Assembly: GCA_050251055.1 (NCBI GenBank)
Contig: JBFWNL010000004.1
Location: forward strand, 1-64,000
DNA from: Bacteriovoracia bacterium
Lineage (GTDB): Bacteria > Bdellovibrionota > UBA1018 > JBFWNL01
Length of the DNA stretch: 64,000 bases
Direction of reading: 5' to 3'
Positions 19,131 to 27,675 of the stretch are shown here, piece after piece. The notes beneath the pieces are model-generated. The model searched no databases, was not told the DNA's origin, and saw nothing but the letters and a program-made list of their open reading frames with translations. A program made the translations under genes and the position numbers. Numbering within the stretch: position 1 is the stretch's first letter; every line of letters begins with the position of its first letter.

Positions 19131-19739
19131 ATGAAAACGCACGCGCAAGGCGCCCTCACCAAATCCGAGAAGATGATCCACGTCGCCCAGTGCACTTTGA
19201 GCATCATCCAGGTGCACGGCACGGAGGGAGTGAACCACTCGCGACTGGCCCGTTCGGCGGGAGTCTCGCGCGCGTGGCTCTATAAATATTTCGGGTCGTC
19301 GAGGGAAGCCCTGATCGAATTCGCCATCGACTATTTTGGAAAGCTCTTCGCAGAGATGGAACATGAACGCGGCCTTCGGGGGGCACGCGAATGGGTAGCG
19401 GAAACCAAACAGGGGCTGGATCGAATGCTGAGGGACACCGCCCGCTATCCGTGGCTGATCCCGATCTATTTCCGATACAAGGGAACATCCAGTCCGATGG
19501 GTCGCTGCATCGCCCGACTGGAAAAACTCTACTTCGAAAAACACTCGCGCGAGCTCATGAGTGTATTCAAGTCCGATCGCGAAAAAGCGTATCTACTCTC
19601 GCAGGTCCTGACGTCTTTTCGTATGGGCCTCGCTCAAGCCTGGCAAACCGGCGGGTTCGGTACGAAGAACGACCCCGAACAAATCCTGGAGTATGTTGGT
19701 CAGTGGATGAACGCGGTCGTGGACGCGCGGAAACTCTAA
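19131..19739 (+). CDS. TetR/AcrR family regulator
   Basis: HGTEGVNHSRLARSAGVSRAWLYKYFGSS N-terminal HTH. Confidence 0.9.
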   Translation: MKTHAQGALTKSEKMIHVAQCTLSIIQVHGTEGVNHSRLARSAGVSRAWLYKYFGSSREALIEFAIDYFGKLFAEMEHERGLRGAREWVAETKQGLDRMLRDTARYPWLIPIYFRYKGTSSPMGRCIARLEKLYFEKHSRELMSVFKSDREKAYLLSQVLTSFRMGLAQAWQTGGFGTKNDPEQILEYVGQWMNAVVDARKL

Positions 19740-19749
19740 TCAGCTCCGC

Positions 19750-20688
19750 CTAACTCGTTCCCAATCGACGAATTAGATTCTCCCACTCCTCCCGCCGGAT
19801 GGTGAGCCGACGCGAAGACCGCTCGGACGGAGAAAGCGCGTCGATGTCGCGGAAATAACGGTAGGCCCGGGGAAAGTCGATAAAAAATCCGCCTGGAATA
19901 GGAATTACTGGAGGCACCACCCGCGTAAAAAAATAATCAAACGCCCGCGTTAGCGTGGGGTCGATCTGAGAATCGCGCTGGAACATCAGGACATTTTTAA
20001 AGTGCACGAATGCGTCGGCGCGAACCGGCGGCACCGTCCCGGCCGGATGCAAGAAAAAATCGAAATTCAAAACTACCGGCATCGTCTCTCCCTCGAGACC
20101 GCTTGAAAACTCCGCGGGGGCGGCCCACGCGTGCTCCGGCAGGGGTGAGCGGAGCGCATGAATAGTCGATGCCAGCACAAACGCGTTCAACATCGGTTCG
20201 GCCCCGTCGACTCGATAAATCTCACCCGTAAACTCGCCCCGGCGATTCACGCCGATTTGCAACTTCACGTTCCCCCGAATGCGTAAATTAATGAAGTCAT
20301 CCGGATAAGTCATCACCCCATTCACGCGCTGCCAGAGCTTCTCAAAGAATGGATAAAGGCGGCCTTCCCGCACGAGACTCATGCTTTCAGCCACGCCGTA
20401 ACCATCGCGCGAAGGGCCGTCGCCCAGGCCAGCCCCGCGATCGGAAGTAAACGGGCCGAAATCCAGCCCAAGCCCACGCAACGGAGCCGCCGACCCGCGG
20501 CCCATCCGACGCGCGGACGACACCTTCGTTTTGGCTGATTTGCCTACGGAGTGGGGCTGGCCGATTTCAACAAGCAAAGTTTTAGGGGAGGAGGCAGGGG
20601 AAGGAGCGGACGGCGGAGTCCGCTTGAAAAAGCTTGCGCCCAGAAGCGCGAAGTGAAGGGCGAGGGAGTAAAGCAGGAACCGGGGCAT
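19750..20688 (-). CDS. TonB-family energy transducer
   Basis: N-terminal TM with SxxxH (SLALH), Pro/Ser linker, TonB_C-like YPDDFINLRIRGNVKLQIGVNRRGE. Confidence 0.75.
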   Translation of the reverse strand: MPRFLLYSLALHFALLGASFFKRTPPSAPSPASSPKTLLVEIGQPHSVGKSAKTKVSSARRMGRGSAAPLRGLGLDFGPFTSDRGAGLGDGPSRDGYGVAESMSLVREGRLYPFFEKLWQRVNGVMTYPDDFINLRIRGNVKLQIGVNRRGEFTGEIYRVDGAEPMLNAFVLASTIHALRSPLPEHAWAAPAEFSSGLEGETMPVVLNFDFFLHPAGTVPPVRADAFVHFKNVLMFQRDSQIDPTLTRAFDYFFTRVVPPVIPIPGGFFIDFPRAYRYFRDIDALSPSERSSRRLTIRREEWENLIRRLGTS

Positions 20689-20702
20689 GAAGGCTGAGTA
20701 TA

Positions 20703-20846
20703 CCCGGTTCGGTGAAACCGCTACCGGGATTATTGCTTGCGCCCCGCCTTAACGCCGTTTGATATACCCCCAGAGCCCTCGGCAAGCTCTGGGGGTGGGC
20801 TTAAGGCACCCGGTCTACACAATTGCAAACCGGGTATTGGGCGCAA
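20703..20846 (-). other. Multi-hairpin structured region downstream of flagellin (3' UTR or terminator)
   Basis: Nested inverted repeats TTGCGCCC/GGGCGCAA, GCCTTAA/TTAAGGC, ACCCCCAGAGC/GCTCTGGGGGT, ACCCGGT/ACCGGGT. Confidence 0.6.
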
Positions 20847-20850
20847 ACAA

Positions 20851-21684
20851 TTAGACTAACTTGAGAGCTTGAGTCGGAGCGTTGTTGGCTTGGGCCAAGA
20901 TCGAAACGCCCGCGGTCTGGAGAATGTTCTCGCGGACCAGTTCGGAAGTTTCCTCGGCGAGCTCCGTATCCGTCACGCGCGACCGGGCTTGCGCCAGGTT
21001 TTCACGAGTCACGCCCAGGTTATTCACCGTGGCTTGGAGCTTGTTCTGCATCGCGCCCATGCGAGCGCGAGCTCCGTTCACGCGAGCCAAGGCCTCGTCG
21101 ATGGAGTTGAGGCCGCCGCGGGCGTCTTCGATGCTCGCGGTGCTCAAACCTTCGATGCCCAGGCTGCTGGCCCGAACGTCGGCTTCGGTCGTGTCGAAGG
21201 TAATACGGTCCGCTTCGTCGCTACGCGTACCGACTTGGAACTCAAGCGAGGATTTCTCGGCTTGGGCGTTCAACAGCGGGGTGCCGTTGAAGTTGGTCAC
21301 GTTCGCGATGCGGTCCACTTCCTTGGTCAAGCTTTGGAATTCTTGGTCGATGAAGCCGCGCTCGCGATCACCGATGGTGTCGGAAGCCGCTTGGATCGAC
21401 AATTCGCGCAGACGGATGAGGATGTTGGAGATTTCCGACATCCCGCCTTCCGCGACCTGGACGAAGGAAATGCCGTCGTTCGCATTCCGTTCCGCCTGGC
21501 GCATCGAGCGAATCTGCCCGCGCAGGTTTTCCGCAATCGAGAGACCTGCGGCGTCGTCGGCCGCGGTCGCGATACGGTTACCAGACGCAATACGCGTATA
21601 GTGTCTGGCCTGTTGTTGGCTGGTATTATTGAGTACGCGTTGCGCCGAAATCGACGCAACGTTCGTTGCTATTCTTAAGCCCAT
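20851..21684 (-). CDS. fliC: Flagellin (short, 277 aa)
   Basis: MGLRIATNVASI, SGNRIATAADDAAGL, AERNANDGIS, LAQANNAP. Confidence 0.98.
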   Translation of the reverse strand: MGLRIATNVASISAQRVLNNTSQQQARHYTRIASGNRIATAADDAAGLSIAENLRGQIRSMRQAERNANDGISFVQVAEGGMSEISNILIRLRELSIQAASDTIGDRERGFIDQEFQSLTKEVDRIANVTNFNGTPLLNAQAEKSSLEFQVGTRSDEADRITFDTTEADVRASSLGIEGLSTASIEDARGGLNSIDEALARVNGARARMGAMQNKLQATVNNLGVTRENLAQARSRVTDTELAEETSELVRENILQTAGVSILAQANNAPTQALKLV

Positions 21685-21949
21685 GATGAAACTCCCTCAG
21701 ATGGAGATCTCCGACCCCCGCCCTTCGGGCATGCTTTCGCCTGCGCGAACGAGGTAAGTTCGTGCAGAGCCCGCGCCGTAAGCGAGTCCGGAAATTTATG
21801 TTGTGACGTCTGAGTTGGGAGAGGCTACCGCAGGGAAGAGGAATCCCACCCCCTCCAACAGCGGGGCAGATTCCAAGAGAGAACTTCAGATACAACAGTC
21901 GCCAGACGTATTCGTCATCAGAAGGCCCATCCTTCCGCTGACACTATAC

Positions 21950-21976
21950 CTATCGACGACCGTCAAAAATACTTGA
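21950..21976 (-). promoter_or_regulatory. Sigma28 (FliA) promoter of flagellin 1
   Basis: Minus strand TCAA-N15-GTCGATAG. Confidence 0.65.
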
Positions 21977-22173
21977 GTACAAAATACAACTATTCGTACT
22001 TTTTTTCCACACTGTTAAGACCCACCCAGGTTTCACCCCAGAGGGGACTCAGTCAAACGATCCCAGTTCAGCGATGGGCGGGGTTAGGGGGGACCGCCCC
22101 CAAGCGGTGTCTCTGCCGCCAGGAAACGATCCCCCGATAACTCACCCTCAGCAATCGGGAAGTTCTCTAAAAA

Positions 22174-23004
22174 TTAGAGAAGCTTCAGAGCCGATTCGCT
22201 GTTGTGGTTCGCTTGACTGAGGACTGCGACACCTGCCGTGGACAGGATGTTGGACTTGGTCAACTCGCTGACTTCCGTCGCCATATCCACGTCGTAGATC
22301 TGGCTGCGCGCCGCCGAGAGATTCTCGTCGTAGATGCGCAAGTTGTTGACCGTCGCTTGCAGTCGGTTCTGAAGCGCACCCATTTCGGCGCGATTCTCAG
22401 TCAGGACCTTGATGCCCATGTCGATCTTCTCGAGGTTGTTCTGGGCGGATTCTTTCGAAGCCACCGTCATACCTTGGACCCCAAGGCGATCGGACGTGGT
22501 GTTGATTTTGGCCGTGTCGTAGACGAAGCGGTCTTCGCCCGGAATGTTGTTCAGACCCACTTGGACTTCCAACGGGGAACCTTCCCCAGTCAAGAGCTTG
22601 CGCCCGTTGAATTCCGTGGACCGAGAGATCCGGTCGATTTCACCGGTCATCGCTTGCACTTCTTTGTCGATGAAGCCGCGCTCCGTATCACCGATGGTGT
22701 CGGAAGCCGCTTGAATCGACAATTCGCGCAGGCGAATCATGATGTTCCCGATTTCATTCATGCCGCCTTCGGCCGTCTGAATGAGCGAGATACCGTCGTT
22801 AGCGTTGCGAACGTCCTGCCGCATGGAGCGGATTTGCGCGCGCATGCCTTCGGAGATCGCCAAGCCCGCGGCGTCATCGGCCGCGCGGGTAATGCGAGAA
22901 CCCGAAGCCAACTTTTCCTGCGAGCGCTTTACAGAGTCATTCGATTGATTCAAATGACGTTGAGCACCTAACGATTGAACGTTAGTAGATACACGTAGAC
23001 CCAT
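22174..23004 (-). CDS. fliC: Flagellin (short, 276 aa)
   Basis: MGLRVSTNVQSL, SGSRITRAADDAAGL, IQTAEGG; start moved to 23004 to match the paralog. Confidence 0.98.
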   Translation of the reverse strand: MGLRVSTNVQSLGAQRHLNQSNDSVKRSQEKLASGSRITRAADDAAGLAISEGMRAQIRSMRQDVRNANDGISLIQTAEGGMNEIGNIMIRLRELSIQAASDTIGDTERGFIDKEVQAMTGEIDRISRSTEFNGRKLLTGEGSPLEVQVGLNNIPGEDRFVYDTAKINTTSDRLGVQGMTVASKESAQNNLEKIDMGIKVLTENRAEMGALQNRLQATVNNLRIYDENLSAARSQIYDVDMATEVSELTKSNILSTAGVAVLSQANHNSESALKLL

Positions 23005-23208
23005 ACATACACCCCCATCATGAGCCCGACGGTCAGCGCACGAACGAGCCGCGCCCTCTGCGGTCATCCGCGGAAAGCGTACAGTTTCGCCCGAGCGCCT
23101 AGGCCGCGCCCCGATAGTTACTATTCAGTTGTGACGGGATTTGCTGTACCCCGTCGGAAGTTTGACGAAGCGAGACCCATTCTCACTCCTGCACCCTTCC
23201 TACTGACT

Positions 23209-23235
23209 AGATCGGTCGGATATTGATTTACTTTA
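23209..23235 (-). promoter_or_regulatory. Sigma28 (FliA) promoter of flagellin 2
   Basis: Minus strand TAAA-N15-ACCGATCT. Confidence 0.6.
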
Positions 23236-23290
23236 GACTTTTTTACTCAGGTATTACGGCCTATCTACCACAAATGGGCACATATCTAAT

Positions 23291-24346
23291 TCATTGTTTT
23301 ATCTTAGATATTTTATTGGCCGCCTCATAGGGGTCGATCTTTCGCTGGACAAGCCGAGTCACCAGCTTTTTACCCGGCGCACCAGCAAATGTGTTTTCGA
23401 CCTTTTTTTGAAGTTTTTCAGTCAGGATATCTAGGGTCTCATTTTTTAGGAACTCTTCGAGCCGGCGGGTTCGTAGCCCGCTCCGGGTAAGGTAGGCCTG
23501 GTGCTGGTCGACAGCCCCGAGGAGGTCATCTATCCCCTCGTTTTCGACCGCCTTGGTCTTTTGAACCGGAATCTCCCAATGGGAGGACTGGCGGCCCGCC
23601 CCTTCCGTGTCCACCCCGGCATCCGTCGGGGCGTCTGCTAGGGTGTCTGCCATAGAGTCCGTTAGAGCGACCATGTTCTTGAGCTCTTTCACGAGCTTCT
23701 CGGCCTCAGGTCGGTCACTTTTATTCACGACGAAGACATCGGCGATCTCCATCAAACCCGCCTTCATCACCTGGATCGAGTCACCGCTCTCGGGCACGAG
23801 CGTGACGATCACCGTCTGCGCGAGCCTCAAAATATCGAGCTCGGTCTGCCCCACGCCCGCGGTTTCCACGAGCACGACATCGAAGCCAGCCGCATCCAAT
23901 AAAAGCACCACTTCCTTCGTCGCATGGGAAAGCCCGCCATGTTTGCCGCGCGTGCCGAGCGAGCGAATATACACGCCCCTATCGCCGTAGTGCTGCTGCA
24001 TGCGGATGCGGTCACCTAAAATGGCGCCGCCCGAAAATGGGCTCGAGGGATCCACGGCGACGATCGCGACGCGCTTACCTTGCTTGCGCAGACGCACGGT
24101 CAGCTTATCGACCAAGGTGGACTTACCCGCGCCCGGCGGCCCCGTGATTCCCCAGACCTGCGCGCGGCCGGTTTTGGAAAACAGCATGCGAATGATTTCC
24201 GGCAGATCCTGGTCGCGGTTCTCGATCTTGGAAATGAGACGCGCTAGCGAAAGCCGATGACCGTCCATCATCTTCGAAACCAGCTCCGAGACGGCCGGCT
24301 TCTTCCGAATTTTCTGGGTTTTACCTGGACGAGCCATTACCCCCAA
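23291..24346 (-). CDS. meaB: Methylmalonyl-CoA mutase-associated GTPase MeaB
   Basis: GITGPPGAGKST, AVDPSSPFSGGAILGDRIRM, ETAGVGQ, GDSIQVMKAGLMEIAD, NKSD. Confidence 0.93.
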   Translation of the reverse strand: MGVMARPGKTQKIRKKPAVSELVSKMMDGHRLSLARLISKIENRDQDLPEIIRMLFSKTGRAQVWGITGPPGAGKSTLVDKLTVRLRKQGKRVAIVAVDPSSPFSGGAILGDRIRMQQHYGDRGVYIRSLGTRGKHGGLSHATKEVVLLLDAAGFDVVLVETAGVGQTELDILRLAQTVIVTLVPESGDSIQVMKAGLMEIADVFVVNKSDRPEAEKLVKELKNMVALTDSMADTLADAPTDAGVDTEGAGRQSSHWEIPVQKTKAVENEGIDDLLGAVDQHQAYLTRSGLRTRRLEEFLKNETLDILTEKLQKKVENTFAGAPGKKLVTRLVQRKIDPYEAANKISKIKQ

Positions 24347-24426
24347 TTTCTAGGGTGTTTCGGCCGAAAAGGCAAACTTATGGATAACCGCGCGCACTTT
24401 CAGGCAGCTAACTCCATCTCACAAAA

Positions 24427-25446
24427 CTAAAAAACCTGCTGAAACGTCGGCTCGGCGGGAGCCGCCTCTTTATTTGATTTTACTGGGGGTTTCGCGCCGG
24501 CCGGAGCGCGCGACGGGGCCGGGGGCACGATGGCGGCGGCCTTTTCACCCACGCCTAGGCTTTTCTCCGCCTCGCCACCCGGGGGCGGGGGGAGCGCGGG
24601 GGCGGCTGGGGTCTCGGCCGTGTTCATGGCGGCGTTAGCCGGACCAGACGTGGGAACGCCCGGGGCGGGAGTCGATTCGGGCGGCGCCGGCGCATCGAAA
24701 TCCATCGCGAACGCTTTTTCCTTCTCTTCCTTCGCCTTGGCTTCCGCTTCTTTTTTCTTGGCGAGCTCAATTTCCGCCAGGCGCTTCGGTTCCATGATCG
24801 CGTACTTATCCAAAACGGAACCTTGCTCCTCGTCCCGGCGCGCGAGCGAGAACGGATTCTGAACCTCTTCGACCAGCTCCTTGGACATGGCCGGGCCGAC
24901 GAGCACGCGGCGGTAGAAAACATACTCGCTGATCATGCGATACTGCTTGATCGCCCAGCGTAGGTAGCGGGGGTCTTTGTATTCCGCGCGAAAAGCGCGG
25001 GAAATCGGCGTGAGGAAATCGAACGTCTCGAGCACGGCTTTCTGGCGCTCTTCGACATAAAATGATTGTGAAAGACGCTCCTGCAGCTTGCGAATTTTAT
25101 GGAAGAAGCACCAGTGATACTTCACCGCATCCTGCTGCACGAGCTCGCGCGCGCCCTTGAAAACTTCTTCCTTGCTGTTCGTCGCCGTCTGCAGCTTCTT
25201 AAAATTTTCGTCGCAGTTCTCGAGATCCTTGGCCACCGGCGCTTCCTTCCGAATGAAGAGCGCGTTCAAATCACCGATGTCGTAGGTCTCGGGATAGGGG
25301 ACCTGCACAAAGCCGGGAACTTCCGGTAGCGGCTCCATCGGGCGCACTTCCTGCGTGCCGCAACCCGCGGTCAAACCGAGCGCGACGGCGCCGAGGCCAA
25401 TGAGCCCGAGCCGAAGGTGGGTGGAAGTTTGACGCTTCATAGACAC
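24427..25446 (-). CDS. Hypothetical lipoprotein with Pro/Ala-rich tail
   Basis: Lipobox TAGC, helical domain, disordered C-terminus; divergent from the mot operon. Confidence 0.75.
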   Translation of the reverse strand: MSMKRQTSTHLRLGLIGLGAVALGLTAGCGTQEVRPMEPLPEVPGFVQVPYPETYDIGDLNALFIRKEAPVAKDLENCDENFKKLQTATNSKEEVFKGARELVQQDAVKYHWCFFHKIRKLQERLSQSFYVEERQKAVLETFDFLTPISRAFRAEYKDPRYLRWAIKQYRMISEYVFYRRVLVGPAMSKELVEEVQNPFSLARRDEEQGSVLDKYAIMEPKRLAEIELAKKKEAEAKAKEEKEKAFAMDFDAPAPPESTPAPGVPTSGPANAAMNTAETPAAPALPPPPGGEAEKSLGVGEKAAAIVPPAPSRAPAGAKPPVKSNKEAAPAEPTFQQVF

Positions 25447-25643
25447 TGTCTCCAGTAGTCCTATCGGAAACCTGACTAGGCGAGTAAACTACCTTAATAA
25501 TTTTTTGACGCTATAAAAGCTCTATTAAGTCCACGCATTAGCCGCTCGACGGCGAAAATCGCCAGTTCTACACCAGCGTCAAAGCTCGGCAATCATTCAG
25601 GAATCAAGAAGATCAGCGGGCTTACCGAAAAAGAAAATGAGGA

Positions 25644-26879
25644 ATGGTGCCCATGAAGGCCTGGTTCGTACTACTCACGATCATTAATACAGGTTCCGCG
25701 TTCGCGGCGGATCCTCCTACGTCAGCCGCGCCCGCGCCTTCCGCCTCTTCGCCGGCCGCCGCGACCACGCCGCCCCCGGCTTCCGGCACTACCCAAGCGA
25801 CGACGGCGAATCCCACGGGAAATCCGAATCAAGGCAAGCCGACGCAATCGACGTTCGCGCCGGCCGCCGACAAAGATCAAAAGACGCGCAACTTCTATCA
25901 GGTGCTCGAAGACGTGATGGGCGATTTCGAATACGACCTAAAAAATGGACAGGTACGCGGCGTAAAAGATGTTTCCATCCGCGCTATCGCCACGAGCGAG
26001 AACGTGCCGCCTTCATTCAAACGCCAGCTCGAGATCTTGCTCACCGAGCGCGTGATCAAGAATACGCAAAGCCGCGTGATCCAGTGCCTGCCTTGCCAAT
26101 CGAAAAAAGCCACCTTGAGCGGCGACAACGTCGTGATCTCTTCCAACGAGCACAACGCGGTCGAGCTCGCGCGCCTGGCGAAAATCCACGGCATCGCTAG
26201 CTATATGGACGTGGCGTTCTCGTACCAGCCCACGGGGCTGTTGCTCTCGATCGCCATCATGGACGCCGAGAATAGCGCCATCCTGTGGTCGCGCAGCTAC
26301 AATTCGGAAACCTCACGCGCCGAGGCCTTCCGCCGTGGCGTGGACTACACGCAGGTCGACGAGGCCCGCCGCAAGGAAAGTTACGAGCCCACCACGCAAT
26401 ACCGCCCGACTTTGTATTATCTCTTCGAGAAGGACATCAGCTCTTACAGCGGGATGCTCGGGCTCGGTTTCCGCATGGTGGAGCGCTATGACAATCGGAA
26501 AAAAGAAGTCGGCTTCGAAATCAACTACCTGCTCAGTACGTCGACGCTCACCGGCGGCTCCGCCACTGCCACCACTACCCCGAGCGTGTACGGGGGGTTT
26601 AATGTCACGATGCTCTTCGTGCACGCATGGAACTTCATCGGGGATCTGGAAAACTACAACAAACCGCGCGGAAGCATCTCGGTCGGCCTGGGCGGCACTT
26701 ATTCGTCGGGTTTTTTGGGAGCGCTGCTTCGCACGGGTTACGAGTGGCGTTTGGGCAAGCATTGGGCGGTTACGGCGATCCTAGGTTACCGACCGCCGTC
26801 CACCGCGTTTATTTCAGGAAGTGAAGCTGGCTCCGTTTCGGGGCTGGAGTTTGGAGTGGGGATTAGTGCGTTACTTTAA
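25644..26879 (+). CDS. Exported protein: CsgG/FlgO/TolB-N-like domain plus C-terminal outer-membrane beta-barrel
   Basis: Signal peptide (AFA-A), Pro/Ala/Thr linker, LSIAIMDAENSAILWSRSY, amphipathic strands ending GLEFGVGISALL. Confidence 0.65.
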   Translation: MVPMKAWFVLLTIINTGSAFAADPPTSAAPAPSASSPAAATTPPPASGTTQATTANPTGNPNQGKPTQSTFAPAADKDQKTRNFYQVLEDVMGDFEYDLKNGQVRGVKDVSIRAIATSENVPPSFKRQLEILLTERVIKNTQSRVIQCLPCQSKKATLSGDNVVISSNEHNAVELARLAKIHGIASYMDVAFSYQPTGLLLSIAIMDAENSAILWSRSYNSETSRAEAFRRGVDYTQVDEARRKESYEPTTQYRPTLYYLFEKDISSYSGMLGLGFRMVERYDNRKKEVGFEINYLLSTSTLTGGSATATTTPSVYGGFNVTMLFVHAWNFIGDLENYNKPRGSISVGLGGTYSSGFLGALLRTGYEWRLGKHWAVTAILGYRPPSTAFISGSEAGSVSGLEFGVGISALL

Positions 26880-27675
26880 GGAAGCGATACACACCACCCG
26901 GGCAAGCCGGGCCGTACGAGGCGCAGCGCTCACGCTGCTGGCCGTCGTGTGTGCCGCGTTTCCCCAAGGCTGCGCCTCCATGAAGAACGCTCTAGGCTTA
27001 AACAACAATCAGCAGGAACCTTCGAAACCCATCGAAGACCCGTTTGGAAACTTCTACGAAGCGGCCAAGCACCGCAACGAAAATGTGATTTTACGCACGA
27101 AAAAAGGTGACCGCTCCATTGAGGTGGAGATGCCTTCGCGCGGTGAAGAGCAGCTCGCCGATCTGGTGGTCCCGATGTCGCCCCAGTTCGCCGACACCGG
27201 CTCCGGCCGCGGCCCCGCCTCAACGGGGGACGGCTACGGCCTGGACGCGAAGTACCAGGAGCAACGGCCTGGCCTTACGGACCGCGAAATCGCCCAGAGC
27301 ATGCCCCAAGGCAGCCCGGAAATGGCCGGGAAACGCAGCGAAATCGAAGAGGGTTTGGGCCTGGTGGGCGCCGACGATTCCGCCCCCGAAAACGATAAGA
27401 GTTATCTGGCCGCGATCGACTACATTAAGCAGCTCTATAAGAGCCGGCGTTACGAGGCGGCGCTCATCGAGATCGATCGCATGCTCCCTCGCTATCCGAC
27501 GGACGCGAAGCTCTATGAGATGCGCGGGACCCTGCTCGCGAAGCTGGGCTACGAAGATCTAGCGATGAAGTCGTGGGAGCAAGCCCTGTCCCTGAACCCG
27601 CGTAACAAGTCGTTAGCCAAGTTTCTGCAAGCCCGGAAGGATCCATTGAGAAGGGGGACGGCGTCATCGCCCTAA
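26866..27675 (+). CDS. TPR-containing lipoprotein
   Basis: Hydrophobic leader then QGC, C-terminal TPRs (YEAALIEIDRML, LYEMRGTLLAKLG, WEQALSLNP); start codon uncertain. Confidence 0.75.
   Translation: MRYFKEAIHTTRASRAVRGAALTLLAVVCAAFPQGCASMKNALGLNNNQQEPSKPIEDPFGNFYEAAKHRNENVILRTKKGDRSIEVEMPSRGEEQLADLVVPMSPQFADTGSGRGPASTGDGYGLDAKYQEQRPGLTDREIAQSMPQGSPEMAGKRSEIEEGLGLVGADDSAPENDKSYLAAIDYIKQLYKSRRYEAALIEIDRMLPRYPTDAKLYEMRGTLLAKLGYEDLAMKSWEQALSLNPRNKSLAKFLQARKDPLRRGTASSP

Noticed and set aside
20869-22971. Long antisense ORFs opposite both flagellins (and similarly 40110..41267, 41802..42605, 43788..44726, 62353..63438)
   Set aside because: Expected from high-GC codon bias on the antisense strand of conserved genes; no motifs
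23291-24346. meaB linked to the BMC or motor loci
   Set aside because: Stand-alone meaB is common; no mutase or other link is visible here
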